A stretch of 64,000 bases of DNA from an uncultured Methanosarcinales archaeon (GCA_964609455.1 CAZSRD010000005.1:4878-68877), one strand, 5' to 3'; numbered from the stretch's first letter, positions 20,289 to 30,452 are shown. Notes: generated from the letters alone by a model not told the origin. A program made the numbers and translations.

Positions 20289-20621
20289 ATGGCACAGAAA
20301 AAGATGGCTGGAAAAGAGGAATCAGTATCAGAAGACGGTAAAGTAGAGAATAAAAGGAGAGTAAAAGAGGAAGAAGTAAAGAAAGGCTCTGTTCATTTTA
20401 CACAAGCAATCCCTGCCAGGGTTGAGGAGGTTATTGGGAGGACAGGGACAAGAGGAGAAGCAATACAGGTGAGATGCAAGATTTTAGATGGAAGAGACCA
20501 AAATAAGGTTTTGAGAAGAAATGTCAGGGGGCCTATACAGGTTGGCGATGTTCTTATGCTAAGGGAAACTGAAATCGAGGCAAGGGCTTTAAGCAAAGCA
20601 GGCAGAGGCTCAGGGAGTTAG
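20289..20621 (+). CDS. rps28e: ribosomal protein S28e with a Lys/Glu-rich N-terminal extension
   Basis: ARVEEVIGRTGTRGEAIQVRCKILDGRDQNKVLRRNVRGPIQVGDVLMLRETE. Confidence 0.85.
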   Translation: MAQKKMAGKEESVSEDGKVENKRRVKEEEVKKGSVHFTQAIPARVEEVIGRTGTRGEAIQVRCKILDGRDQNKVLRRNVRGPIQVGDVLMLRETEIEARALSKAGRGSGS

Positions 20622-20625
20622 AAAA

Positions 20626-20796
20626 ATGGTAAAATGCACATTTTGCGGCAATATACTTGACCCAGGAACTGGGAAGATGTATGTTCAGAAGGATGCTAAG
20701 ATATTATATTTTTGCACTATGAAATGCGAAAAGAATATGTTAAAGTTAAAAAGAAAACCATATAATATAAAGTGGACTAAATCTTATAAAAAATAA
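20626..20796 (+). CDS. rpl24e: ribosomal protein L24e (56 aa; below the ORF-track size cutoff)
   Basis: Translation MVKCTFCGNILDPGTGKMYVQKDAKILYFCTMKCEKNMLKLKRKPYNIKWTKSYKK carries the C4 zinc ribbon typical of L24e. Confidence 0.8.
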   Translation: MVKCTFCGNILDPGTGKMYVQKDAKILYFCTMKCEKNMLKLKRKPYNIKWTKSYKK

Positions 20797-20797
20797 A

Positions 20798-21307
20798 ATG
20801 GCAGTCGAACAATCTTTGGTGCTAATAAAACCTGATGGATTAGTCAAATCTTTGACGGGAGATATCTTGTCAAAGATGTCTGAAATAGATCTTAAGATAG
20901 TTGGAGCTAAGATAGTCCAGGTTACCAGAGAATTAGCAGAAGAACATTACCAGCACCTTAGAGAAGAAAAGTTTTTTGATGAATTGATAAAATATATCAT
21001 GGGGGAGTACCATACAAAGAGGGTTTTGGCTTTGGTTTATCATGGTGAAGATGCTATCAAAAAGGTAAGGAAGATTGTAGGCGAGACAAACCCAGAGAAA
21101 GCAGAGCCTACATCCATAAGGGGAAAATATGGGAGGATTACATCTGCAGGAGTTTTTGAAAATGTTGTCCATGCTTCTGAAAATACAAAGGAATCAGAGA
21201 GAGAAATCAAATTGTGGTTCAGGCCAGATGAGCTGGTTTATACCCTTTATCCTACTGAATTAAGAAACGTACAAATAGATAAAGCCTTCTGGAAGGGGAA
21301 GAAATAG
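20798..21307 (+). CDS. ndk: nucleoside diphosphate kinase (divergent)
   Basis: LVLIKPDGLVKSLTGDILSKM at the N-terminus and a catalytic His context NVVHASEN. Confidence 0.8.
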   Translation: MAVEQSLVLIKPDGLVKSLTGDILSKMSEIDLKIVGAKIVQVTRELAEEHYQHLREEKFFDELIKYIMGEYHTKRVLALVYHGEDAIKKVRKIVGETNPEKAEPTSIRGKYGRITSAGVFENVVHASENTKESEREIKLWFRPDELVYTLYPTELRNVQIDKAFWKGKK

Positions 21308-21315
21308 GCGGTATT

Positions 21316-23508
21316 ATGGCAGAAAAGATGACCGAAAAGATATTCAGGATCATGAGATTTCCTGAGCAGATCAGAAATATTGCTACATGCGCGCATATTG
21401 ATCATGGTAAAACTACATTTTCAGATAATCTGCTTTCAGGAGCAGGAATGATGTCTAAGGATGATGCAGGAAAAGCGCTAAAGCTAGATTTCCATGAAGA
21501 TGAACAGCAGAGAGGAATTACAATTGATACAGCAGCTGTTTCTATGGTTCATAATTTTGAGGGTAAGGAATATTTGATTAATCTGCTTGATACACCAGGA
21601 CACGTTGATTTTGGCGGTGATGTTACAAGGGCCATGAGGGCAGTGGATGGCGCTATTGTCTTATGCTGCGCTGTTGAGGGCATAATGCCTCAGACAGAGA
21701 CTGTTCTAAGGCAGGCTCTTAAGGAGAGAGTAAGGCCAATTCTATATATAAACAAGGTTGACAGGCTGATCAAAGAAGTTAAATTAACACCTGAGCAAAT
21801 GCAGAAAAAATTTATTGATATCATCAATAATGTTAATAAGCTGATAAAAGAGATTGCAGAAAAAGAATTTGGAGACAAATGGCAAGTTAATGTACAAGAT
21901 GGTACAGTTGGTTTTGGATCAGCTTTTCACAATTGGGGCTTAAGCCTGCCTTATATGCAGAAGAAAGGAATCTCATTTAAAGATGTTATAGATGCTTATA
22001 GCGAGCCAGATGAAAATAAACAAAAAGAAAACATAAAAGCTTTAGCTGAAAAAGCTCCTCTGCATGAGGTTGTCCTTAATATGGTCATTAGGCATCACCC
22101 AAATCCAGTTCAAGCGCAGAATTATAGGATTCCCAAGATATGGCATGGTGAATTGGAATCAGAAGAGGGAAAATCACTAAGAGCATGTAATCCAAATGGG
22201 CCTTTATTTTTTGTTGTTACTAAGATAGTTGTCGATCCACAAGCTGGAGAGATTTCTGCTGGAAGGTTATTTTCAGGAACAATGGAAAAAGGAAAAGAAG
22301 TTTATCTTAGCATGGGCAAGACCACAGGGAGAGTGCAGCAGGTTTTTGTTTATAATGGAGCCAAGAGAGAGATTGTAGAAGATGCTCCTTGCGGCAATAT
22401 CATCGGTGTAGCTGGAATAAAAAGTTTTGTTGGAGAGACGGTTTCTTCAAAAGAAACAGAGCCTTTTGAAAAGATAAGCCATATTTTTGAGCCTGTCATA
22501 ACAAAAGCTATTGAAGCTACACAACCTTCAGATTTGCCTAAATTAGTTGAGATATTAAAGATTGTTGGGAAAGAAGATCCTACTATTCAGATTGAGATTA
22601 ATGAAGAGACTGGTGAGAATTTAATGCATGGAATGGGTGAGCTGCATTTAGAGGTTATTGAAAACAGAATCAGGGATGAAAAAGGCCTTAAGGTCAAAAC
22701 ATCCAACCCAATTGTTGTTTACAGAGAGACGATAACAAAGAAATCTCCTGAGGTTGAAGGAAAAACACCTAACAAACATAACAAGTTCTATTTTTATGTT
22801 GAGCCTTTAGAGCCTGCTATCAGAGAGGTTATTAAAAAAGGCGAGCTGCCTGAGATGAGATTCAAGAAAAAAGATCTGGCTGTCAGAGACAAATTAGTTG
22901 AGTGCGGGATGGACAGCAAGGTAGCTGTTAAGATCAAGAATATATATAAAGGCAATATGCTTATAGAGCAGACCAGGGGATTAGTGCATATTGGAGAAGT
23001 AATGGAGATGGTTCAGGACATGTTTGAAGATGTTATGAGATCCGGCCCTTTGGCAAAAGATCCATGCATTGGAGTTAAGGTTGTATTTACAGATGCTAAA
23101 CTGCACGAAGATGCTATCCATAGAGGCCCTGCCCAGGTTTATCCTGCTGTTAGGGAATCTATAAGGGGGGCGATGATGCAGGCCAGGCCATTGATGTTTG
23201 AGCCTTATCAGGTATTGCATATAGAAGCTCCAAATGAGTTTATGGGAGAACTTTCTAAGCTGATTTCGAATAAGAGGGGACAATTGTTAGACATGCAGCA
23301 GGAAGGAAGCTTGGTTATTGCAAAAGCTAAGATGCCAGTAGCTGAATTGTTAGGATGGAGCTCTGATTTGAGAAGCGCAACTGGCGGCAGAGGCAATAGC
23401 TCTTTAATAGACCAGATGTTTGAGAAACTGCCAGAAGAGCTGCAGCAGAAAGTCATTAAATCAATCAGAGGCAGAAAAGGATTAACAGATGCTATGGTTG
23501 GCGCGTAA
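21316..23508 (+). CDS. fusA: translation elongation factor 2 (aEF-2)
   Basis: G1 motif AHIDHGKTT, DTPGHVDF, and the diphthamide-site context LHEDAIHRG. Confidence 0.95.
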   Translation: MAEKMTEKIFRIMRFPEQIRNIATCAHIDHGKTTFSDNLLSGAGMMSKDDAGKALKLDFHEDEQQRGITIDTAAVSMVHNFEGKEYLINLLDTPGHVDFGGDVTRAMRAVDGAIVLCCAVEGIMPQTETVLRQALKERVRPILYINKVDRLIKEVKLTPEQMQKKFIDIINNVNKLIKEIAEKEFGDKWQVNVQDGTVGFGSAFHNWGLSLPYMQKKGISFKDVIDAYSEPDENKQKENIKALAEKAPLHEVVLNMVIRHHPNPVQAQNYRIPKIWHGELESEEGKSLRACNPNGPLFFVVTKIVVDPQAGEISAGRLFSGTMEKGKEVYLSMGKTTGRVQQVFVYNGAKREIVEDAPCGNIIGVAGIKSFVGETVSSKETEPFEKISHIFEPVITKAIEATQPSDLPKLVEILKIVGKEDPTIQIEINEETGENLMHGMGELHLEVIENRIRDEKGLKVKTSNPIVVYRETITKKSPEVEGKTPNKHNKFYFYVEPLEPAIREVIKKGELPEMRFKKKDLAVRDKLVECGMDSKVAVKIKNIYKGNMLIEQTRGLVHIGEVMEMVQDMFEDVMRSGPLAKDPCIGVKVVFTDAKLHEDAIHRGPAQVYPAVRESIRGAMMQARPLMFEPYQVLHIEAPNEFMGELSKLISNKRGQLLDMQQEGSLVIAKAKMPVAELLGWSSDLRSATGGRGNSSLIDQMFEKLPEELQQKVIKSIRGRKGLTDAMVGA

Positions 23509-23597
23509 AAAACTAATAAAACAGTAAGATTTATAAAGCAAGACAAAATTCCTACAGTATAAATATTCACATAAAAATCTAAACAAGGTGGTAAATA

Positions 23598-24878
23598 ATG
23601 GCTAAAGAAAAACAGCATATAAATTTGGTATTTATCGGTCACGTTGACCATGGAAAATCAACTACAGTAGGCAGAATGTTATATGATTCTAAGAATATCG
23701 ATGAACAGGCTATGAGGAAGCTAACAGAAAGAGCTAAAGAGCTTGGAAAACCTGGCTTTGAGTTTGCTTTCGTTATGGACAACCTAAAAGAAGAGCAGGA
23801 AAGAGGAGTTACAATAGACCTAGCTCACAAGAGATTTGATACACCTAAATATTATTTTACAATAATTGATGCGCCTGGGCACAAGGACTTTATCAAGAAC
23901 ATGATTACAGGAGCTGCTCAAGCAGATGCAGGTGTTGTTGTAGTAGATTGCTCAAATGGCGTGCAGGCACAAACAAAGGAACATATTTTCCTGGCAAGAA
24001 CCTTAGGGGTCAACCAGCTAATAATTGCTGTTAACAAGATGGACATGGTGAAGTATGATGAAGCCAGATTCAAGAAAGTAAAAGAAGAGGTTTCAACATT
24101 GCTGAAAACAGTAGGTTATAAGCCAGATACAATACCTTTCATACCAGAAGCAGCTTTACTTGGGCAGAACGTTGTTAATAAAAGCGACAAAATGCCCTGG
24201 TATACAGGCGCAACTTTGTTAGAAACATTGGATACATTAAGTCCACCTGAAAAACCAACAAACTTACCATTAAGGCTGCCAATACAAGATGTTTATAGCA
24301 TAACAGGGATTGGTGTTGTTCCAGTTGGAAGAGTTGAAACTGGAGTTATGAAAGTTGGAGACAAGGTTATTATAGTTCCAGGAAGAGAAGGAAAGGGAAT
24401 TACAGGCGAAGTTAAGACAATAGAGATGCATCATGAACAGATGCAGAAAGCAGAGCCTGGAGACAATATTGGATTTAATGTTAGGGGCATAGAGAAGAAA
24501 GACATAACAAGAGGAGATGTTTTAGGCCATACAGATAATCCGCCTTCACTTGCTACAGAATTCACAGCACAAATTGTTGTTTTAAACCATCCAACAGTTT
24601 TAACAGTTGGATACACACCAGTATTCCATATACATACAGCTCAGGTTGCATGCCAAATAGTTGCTATAGAGAAGAAATTAAATCCAGCAACTGGCGAAGT
24701 AATGCAGGAAAATCCAGATTTCATAAAGAATGGCGATGCAGCTATTATCAGAGTAAAGCCAGTTACACCATTAGTAATTGAAAGGCAGAAAGACATTCCA
24801 GAAATGAGCAGATTTGCAGTCAGAGATTCCGGCGCAACTGTTGCAGCAGGAATGTGCATTGACCTAGTGAAGAAGTAA
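23598..24878 (+). CDS. tuf: translation elongation factor 1-alpha (aEF-1A)
   Basis: [27 protein letters not shown] Shine-Dalgarno lies upstream. Confidence 0.95.
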   Translation: MAKEKQHINLVFIGHVDHGKSTTVGRMLYDSKNIDEQAMRKLTERAKELGKPGFEFAFVMDNLKEEQERGVTIDLAHKRFDTPKYYFTIIDAPGHKDFIKNMITGAAQADAGVVVVDCSNGVQAQTKEHIFLARTLGVNQLIIAVNKMDMVKYDEARFKKVKEEVSTLLKTVGYKPDTIPFIPEAALLGQNVVNKSDKMPWYTGATLLETLDTLSPPEKPTNLPLRLPIQDVYSITGIGVVPVGRVETGVMKVGDKVIIVPGREGKGITGEVKTIEMHHEQMQKAEPGDNIGFNVRGIEKKDITRGDVLGHTDNPPSLATEFTAQIVVLNHPTVLTVGYTPVFHIHTAQVACQIVAIEKKLNPATGEVMQENPDFIKNGDAAIIRVKPVTPLVIERQKDIPEMSRFAVRDSGATVAAGMCIDLVKK

Positions 24879-24900
24879 ATTTTTTTATTTTTCTTCCCTC
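24879..24900 (+). terminator. oligo-T tract (atttttttatttttcttccc) downstream of tuf; archaeal-type terminator candidate
   Basis: T-runs immediately after the stop codon. Confidence 0.3.
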
Positions 24901-24954
24901 TATCGGGTCATGACAAGCTGAGCTTATCATGGAGTAAACTCCCAGTGATCGCAG

Positions 24955-25263
24955 ATGCAAAAAGCAAGAATAAAACTAGCAAGCACAGAAATCGCAAAAA
25001 TTAATGAAGTATGCGATTACATTAAAGATATTTCTACTAAGACTGGAGTTGACATGAGGGGCCCGATACCATTGCCAACAAAGAAGCTAAAGTTAGCTAC
25101 AAGGAAAGGGCCAGATGGCGGCGGGACTTCTACATGGGATAGATACGAGATGAGAATTTATAAAAGAGTTATTGATCTAGGCCTAGATGAAAGGGCTTTA
25201 AGATTGGTTATGAGAGTTCCTATTCCAGAAGGGCTTAATATTGAGATTGAGATGATTGAGTAG
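24955..25263 (+). CDS. rps10: ribosomal protein S10
   Basis: MQKARIKLASTE...MRGPIPLPTK is the S10 signature. Confidence 0.9.
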   Translation: MQKARIKLASTEIAKINEVCDYIKDISTKTGVDMRGPIPLPTKKLKLATRKGPDGGGTSTWDRYEMRIYKRVIDLGLDERALRLVMRVPIPEGLNIEIEMIE

Positions 25264-25268
25264 TTTTA

Positions 25269-26075
25269 CTAGTTTCTAATTTTATCTGCAATTCTTTTGG
25301 CTTCTCTAACAATTCTGGGGATCATATCCAGCCTTATCTCATATTCCCACAATAACTGTTCCATCTTTCTTATTTTTTTCTTGGTGTCTCTTCTTGTTAC
25401 CTTATCAACTTTATTTAAAGATTCTTTCTGTTCTTTTATTCCTTCTCTTAAAGCCCTGATACTTCTCTTTAGTTTTTCTTCTTCAATGTAAAAATTAGAG
25501 TATGCATAAGCCTCACGAATAGATTTTCCTGAACTCATAAAAGATACCATAGACGCTATTCTTGCTTCGATTTCATCATGATTTGTTATAAACAGCAATT
25601 CTTTAGACATCTTACGGCTAGATCTTGGTGCATCAGTCAGTTTTGCTACAGCTCTTTCTATTACCATATCCCTCCTTAGTTCTTCAGGAATATTAATTGT
25701 CATCTTGTTTTGCAGGATATGCTGATATTCATGTATCAACCAGGTTCTATTTCTTGGGTTGCTGTCTAATAGCTTTGCAGCCAGGTCTGGATTTCTTTCA
25801 ATTCTTTCTAGGGCTTGTTCAGACACACCAAATTGATCAATGTAAACATACATTTTCCCTGTTATCCTATTGTGGGCCCTAACACTATTTGCGCTGCCTG
25901 AATATAAGTCATAGAATCCACCAAATAGATGTTTAACAAGAAAACTATTCCTGATTATTACTTTTGGATTAGGCAACATTCCCTTAAAATTAGGATATTT
26001 AACACGAACATATCTTTGCAGATATTCAAAGGTCTTTGGGAATAACTCTGAAAAATAGCCTTTTTTAATGTTCAT
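25269..26075 (-). CDS. hypothetical protein with an HExxH motif; possible zincin-like metallopeptidase
   Basis: WLIHEYQHILQ. Charged helical C-terminal region. Higher GC than the flanks. Confidence 0.35.
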   Translation of the reverse strand: MNIKKGYFSELFPKTFEYLQRYVRVKYPNFKGMLPNPKVIIRNSFLVKHLFGGFYDLYSGSANSVRAHNRITGKMYVYIDQFGVSEQALERIERNPDLAAKLLDSNPRNRTWLIHEYQHILQNKMTINIPEELRRDMVIERAVAKLTDAPRSSRKMSKELLFITNHDEIEARIASMVSFMSSGKSIREAYAYSNFYIEEEKLKRSIRALREGIKEQKESLNKVDKVTRRDTKKKIRKMEQLLWEYEIRLDMIPRIVREAKRIADKIRN

Positions 26076-26198
26076 ATTTGATTATTTATCTGTTGGGATT
26101 ATAAACTTTTTGATGTGAAAACCAACATATTCAAATTAAAAGCAGTAATCTAACTATCTTTATTGAGATGATTGAGTAATTCTGAGTTATATTTATAA

Positions 26199-27176
26199 AT
26201 GCAGATTCGTTCTTCTACTATCAAAATGTCTTATAAACTAAGATATATCACTTTAAATTATCAACCTCCTGTTGCTATTGGATCAGAATCAGTTCTTTAT
26301 AGGGCAGAGGGCAATATGGTTAGGCATCTCTGTGTGAAAGAAGTTAGGCGTGATTCATTTAAAGACTCAAACCATAGACAATCAAGAGAATCAGCAGATA
26401 GAGACTGTATGCAACATGGAATAAACGATAAAGCTCGTAGGGACTCTTATAAGTTTAGAGTGCAACATCTTAGAACTGAAGCTGAAGTCGGAAAGACGTT
26501 ATATGAAGATGGTGAAATACCTGTTGTGCAGGTGTATGCCTTTAGAAGGGTCGGTATTCCTTTTTTTGAGGATGGTTATGACCTTGTTATGGAATATGTT
26601 CCAGGTAAAGACCTTAGTGATAAAGCATTTTTAGATACTTTGTCTTTTGAAGATAAACTAAATTACTTCTTTCAGACAGCATTGGCTTTAAAATATGTTC
26701 ATGGAAAAGGCTATTTGCATTTGGATGGAAAACCAAGAAATATTATGGTTTCTAATGGACATGTAAAACTTATTGACTTTGCTTATAGTTTACCTATTGG
26801 GACAATACCTTCCTTCTTTAGAGGGACTCCCGGGTATAGTCCTCCGGAACAGATTCTTTGTCGTTCTCTTGATGGGGGAACGGATGTATTTTCATTTGGG
26901 GTTGCATTTAATGTTATATTTGGGGGTCCTAAAATAAATGAACAGCTTAGGGGTACTACTTTCTTAAAGGGGTGGTCTGAGGGTGCATTTAATACAAGAA
27001 CACCAGCAGTAGAGACGTCTGATGAATTGAAAGATACTCCTAGGCTTGCCGAACTCATTAAAAGATGCACTATACCAAGAAGGAAGGTTAGAGTGCATAA
27101 TACAGATTTTTTAATTGATGAATTATGGAAGATAGGGAAAGAGTTAGGTATTAAATTGACAGAAACTTTTTCATAA
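26199..27176 (+). CDS. eukaryotic-like Ser/Thr protein kinase
   Basis: VKEV (beta3 Lys), HLDGKPRNI (HRDxKxxN-type catalytic loop), DFAYS (DFG), GTPGYSPPE (APE). Confidence 0.7.
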   Translation: MQIRSSTIKMSYKLRYITLNYQPPVAIGSESVLYRAEGNMVRHLCVKEVRRDSFKDSNHRQSRESADRDCMQHGINDKARRDSYKFRVQHLRTEAEVGKTLYEDGEIPVVQVYAFRRVGIPFFEDGYDLVMEYVPGKDLSDKAFLDTLSFEDKLNYFFQTALALKYVHGKGYLHLDGKPRNIMVSNGHVKLIDFAYSLPIGTIPSFFRGTPGYSPPEQILCRSLDGGTDVFSFGVAFNVIFGGPKINEQLRGTTFLKGWSEGAFNTRTPAVETSDELKDTPRLAELIKRCTIPRRKVRVHNTDFLIDELWKIGKELGIKLTETFS

Positions 27177-27192
27177 AAAACCAACAGAATTC

Positions 27193-28860
27193 TTAGATTA
27201 GTCTTGCCGTTAAAGGAGTGTTTGCGCAGTAGACACTGAAAGTGCTATCTTCCCTGATAAATATAGCATTACAACGGGCATCTCTCGCTTCAGCAAATTT
27301 TTCTCTTGCGTTATCAGTAGCTAGTTGTATCCCTAATTTTGTACGATCCTCATCTAAATCATGGCGTGTTTCTGGGCAGAACCATCTTCCTAAGTCGCCA
27401 CCATAAGACAAGCCTTTTCCATAACTGGCATAATTTAATGCATCTCCATTATACCTGTAAATTCTTGCTTCTGATGTTGCTGTTTTTATCATAAATATAT
27501 GGTTGTCCTCAACTACCCAGACTATGTCGTGAGGTTGCTTGGACATTGTTGTTCTGTATTGAAGGGCTTTTTGCTTTAACCTTTTCATCTCTTCAGCTTT
27601 GGTGTTACAAACACTTGCTTCAATCAGATGTTCTCCTGGGTCTTCCATTGGTAGTACAGATTCTAAATCTGGCCTTTCCCAAACGGATATAGCATCAAAT
27701 GCTGCTCTTTTCAATAGGGCAGTTGCAAATTTTCTTCCGTCTTCATGAAGCCTTTTTATAGCTTCTAGCGTAAACGGCTGCCTTAAATATAATTCTGGAT
27801 GCTTTGAATTTTGGTTTATGTTAATGAGCCTAAGGATATGATCTCCTTCCCATCCGGCGGGCCTTCTCTCTTGAGAGTAAATAGTGAATGCTTCAATTGT
27901 TCTGCTCAACTCTTCTTCCCAGAAGATACTTAAATCTCTGCCAGGCAATATGCTTGTTCCGTCTCTGTATAACCTTGCTGCCAGATTCTTTGTTTCGGAT
28001 TTTAGTTCATACCAATCCCTGCTTTGAACTAAAGACCTAACTTCTTTCCACCACATTTGTGCTGGGTTAAAGGTTGGCCATTCAATTCCCATAAATCTTT
28101 CTTTTGCAAGTGCATCTGCACTCACTACATATGCCATAAATTCCCTTGCATCTGCTCTTCCTTTACCTTTTAGATATTCTTCCCATACAATATTTACGTT
28201 TGCTTTGTAGTTAGAGGTTATATTTTCTTTTTCATCTCCTAATAAAATCGCTAATTTTACTAAATCAATGAATTCATCTTTTTTATCGTCCTTGAGATTA
28301 CCCCTAAAAAGATTTTCATAAAAAAGAGAGCAAAATCTTTTTCTATGCTCTTTTAACATTTCCATTAGTTTGGCGCCATATTGTTCTCTTAATTTTTCGG
28401 CAAAGTCTGGCTGCGCAATTGCTTTTTTTGCCAAAGCATGCCAAACTACTCGATACCATCTTCTCGGTTCTTGGTTATAAATCGATTCATTGTTATGTAT
28501 GTGTACATCACGGTGGTCGAGCAAAGCATACAGTTGTTCAGGAGCATAATATAAAGCAACTGCTTTCTCACATAATCTTTGGGTTCTTGCTACGTCAAGC
28601 TTATTTTCTGTTGGTACATATACTGTTTCTTTTTCAGCTATCTGTTTTACTGCTTCTTCCATCAAAGTTATCTCTGCATCTGACATCTCCTCAAGCCCGC
28701 CTGTGACAGGGTCTTTCAGCCAATCAGTCATTCTACGCTGCCATAATATGTGTACATAAGGATCTTCTGTTCTAGGGAAATCTCCAACTGAATCAAGAAA
28801 CATCTGTGTATCTCTGCTTTTTACCGCTGCTTCAAGCCCCCCAAAGTTTACTTCGGTCAT
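27193..28860 (-). CDS. large hypothetical protein (555 aa) with no recognisable domain
   Basis: Long ORF. Its composition is richer in G+C (noticeably more CGN and GCN codons) than the neighbouring core genes. Confidence 0.4.
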   Translation of the reverse strand: MTEVNFGGLEAAVKSRDTQMFLDSVGDFPRTEDPYVHILWQRRMTDWLKDPVTGGLEEMSDAEITLMEEAVKQIAEKETVYVPTENKLDVARTQRLCEKAVALYYAPEQLYALLDHRDVHIHNNESIYNQEPRRWYRVVWHALAKKAIAQPDFAEKLREQYGAKLMEMLKEHRKRFCSLFYENLFRGNLKDDKKDEFIDLVKLAILLGDEKENITSNYKANVNIVWEEYLKGKGRADAREFMAYVVSADALAKERFMGIEWPTFNPAQMWWKEVRSLVQSRDWYELKSETKNLAARLYRDGTSILPGRDLSIFWEEELSRTIEAFTIYSQERRPAGWEGDHILRLININQNSKHPELYLRQPFTLEAIKRLHEDGRKFATALLKRAAFDAISVWERPDLESVLPMEDPGEHLIEASVCNTKAEEMKRLKQKALQYRTTMSKQPHDIVWVVEDNHIFMIKTATSEARIYRYNGDALNYASYGKGLSYGGDLGRWFCPETRHDLDEDRTKLGIQLATDNAREKFAEARDARCNAIFIREDSTFSVYCANTPLTARLI

Positions 28861-28940
28861 TAATAGAGAAGAATGAATTTTGATTTAAAAAGTTATCTGA
28901 AAAAACTAAAAAAACCAACAATTTTATATATAAAACGATT

Positions 28941-28966
28941 AATCCCCTTTATTAGCCCAGCTTAGG
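28941..28966 (+). repeat. degenerate partial copy of the tRNA-Tyr 5' end (aatcccctttattagcccagcttag versus ctatccccgcttag)
   Basis: CCCAGCTTAG versus CCCCGCTTAG at the genuine tRNA start, 880 bp downstream. The pair flanks the LAGLIDADG ORF. Confidence 0.45.
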
Positions 28967-29018
28967 ATTTTGGAATGTCCTTTTTTAATTTTTGTATTTT
29001 CCATAAAGTTAGAGTAAT

Positions 29019-29816
29019 ATGAAAAACAAAAAAATTTCAAAAAAAGACCTTATTCAAGAAGTACATAATCTGGAACTTACATTACATAGGAGGCCAGTTA
29101 AAAGGGATAACGCAACATTATACAAAAATTCTAGAGAGTTTTTTGGTTCTTGGAATAAGATGTTATTTTCAGCAGGATACTCTGTTCAATTTTTACAAAA
29201 AATAGGTTCATATACATTTAATCATAATTTTGCATATTTTTTAGGATTATTAATCACTGATGGGCATATTGCTTATGATAAAAGACGAGAAAACTACAAA
29301 GTGGCCATCTATACTAGTTATCCAGACGAAAGAGATATGTTAGTAAAACTAATCAGGCATATATTTGAGTATAATGCACGTATTAGCAAGAAGAAGGCAG
29401 GGTATAATGTGAAATTTAATTTTGAAGTTAGGATAAATTCTAAAAAGCTTGCTGAGGATTTAATTGATGATTATTGTATTCCTTCAGGTAAAAAATCTTT
29501 AAACGTTCGTTTACCAAATTTCTTATTTAATACACAAATAAGGTGTAAGGAATCTTTTTTAAGGGGGGTTATTGATGGTGATGGTTCTATTACAAAGAGG
29601 GGAATAAAAATTGTATCTGGTTCTACACTTTTCCTTAAAGATTTGAAACATTTTTTATTCACTTTAAAAATTCACACTGGTAGTATTATAAAGGAGCACG
29701 ATAGAAATACTTATTCAATTAGGATTAATAAGAAAGAAGATTGGATTAAAATTAAACGAATTTACTCTTTTGGATATTTCTATAAGCGAAAGAGAGAAAG
29801 TATCAATAAGATTTAA
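29019..29816 (+). CDS. free-standing double-motif LAGLIDADG homing-endonuclease-like protein
   Basis: Two LAGLIDADG motifs: FAYFLGLLITDGHIAYD and FLRGVIDGDGSITK. Confidence 0.75.
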   Translation: MKNKKISKKDLIQEVHNLELTLHRRPVKRDNATLYKNSREFFGSWNKMLFSAGYSVQFLQKIGSYTFNHNFAYFLGLLITDGHIAYDKRRENYKVAIYTSYPDERDMLVKLIRHIFEYNARISKKKAGYNVKFNFEVRINSKKLAEDLIDDYCIPSGKKSLNVRLPNFLFNTQIRCKESFLRGVIDGDGSITKRGIKIVSGSTLFLKDLKHFLFTLKIHTGSIIKEHDRNTYSIRINKKEDWIKIKRIYSFGYFYKRKRESINKI

Positions 29817-29844
29817 ATAGGAGAAGCTAACCTCCCTGTACTAT

Positions 29845-29999
29845 CCCCGCTTAGTTTAGACTAACATTTTTTAGTGTTGGGAACAATGGCTAGAACGGTC
29901 GGCTGTAGATAAGATCACTTACTGACTTTGCATTTTGCATAGAATGAAAGTAAGTCAGCTGGTACCGACAAATCCCTGGTTCAAGTCCGGGAGCGGGGA
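29845..29999 (+). tRNA. tRNA-Tyr(GTA) with a canonical 55-nt anticodon intron and a probable second intron of about 27 nt in the D-arm
   Basis: Acceptor CCCCGCT/AGCGGGG. Anticodon arm GTCGG-CTGTAG[intron]A-CCGAC. T-arm CCTGG-TTCAAGT-CCGGG. The D region is 46 nt instead of 19. Mature length would be 73 nt. Confidence 0.7.
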
Positions 30000-30131
30000 T
30001 TTCTTATTTTTTATTTTATTTCTTGATATATTTTCTTGATGTATTAAAAATAGTAAACTTTATATACTTCCTATAATATTATATTGAATATTACTTAAAA
30101 TATTTGAAATAATATTATTCAAAATACTAAA

Positions 30132-30287
30132 ATGGGCTATAGAGTAAAGATACAGGAGACAAACAGGGGGCAAAAGATATTGAATATTCCAAAAGTAGTT
30201 TCAGCGCTGTTTAATTTAAAGCGCGGCATGGAATGTGAGTGGGTGTTGGAGAAGGGGGAGTTGACGCTAAAAGTTCCAAATAGGTAA
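30132..30287 (+). CDS. small AbrB/SpoVT-like (swapped-hairpin) DNA-binding protein, 51 aa; not in the ORF track
   Basis: MGYRVKIQETNRGQKILNIPKVVSALFNLKRGMECEWVLEKGELTLKVPNR resembles the VapB/AbrB pattern. Confidence 0.3.
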   Translation: MGYRVKIQETNRGQKILNIPKVVSALFNLKRGMECEWVLEKGELTLKVPNR

Positions 30288-30452
30288 AATTTAGTGAATT
30301 ACCTATCAAAAAACGATAGATTTAAATATAATGAGGAAATTCAACGCATAATGGCAGTTAATCTTTCTTTAGTTGAAATGCTATGATATTGAGCGTTATA
30401 TAATTATAAGAGGAAGAACTGCCTTTGCAATATAAAACAAAGCAGATATGGT

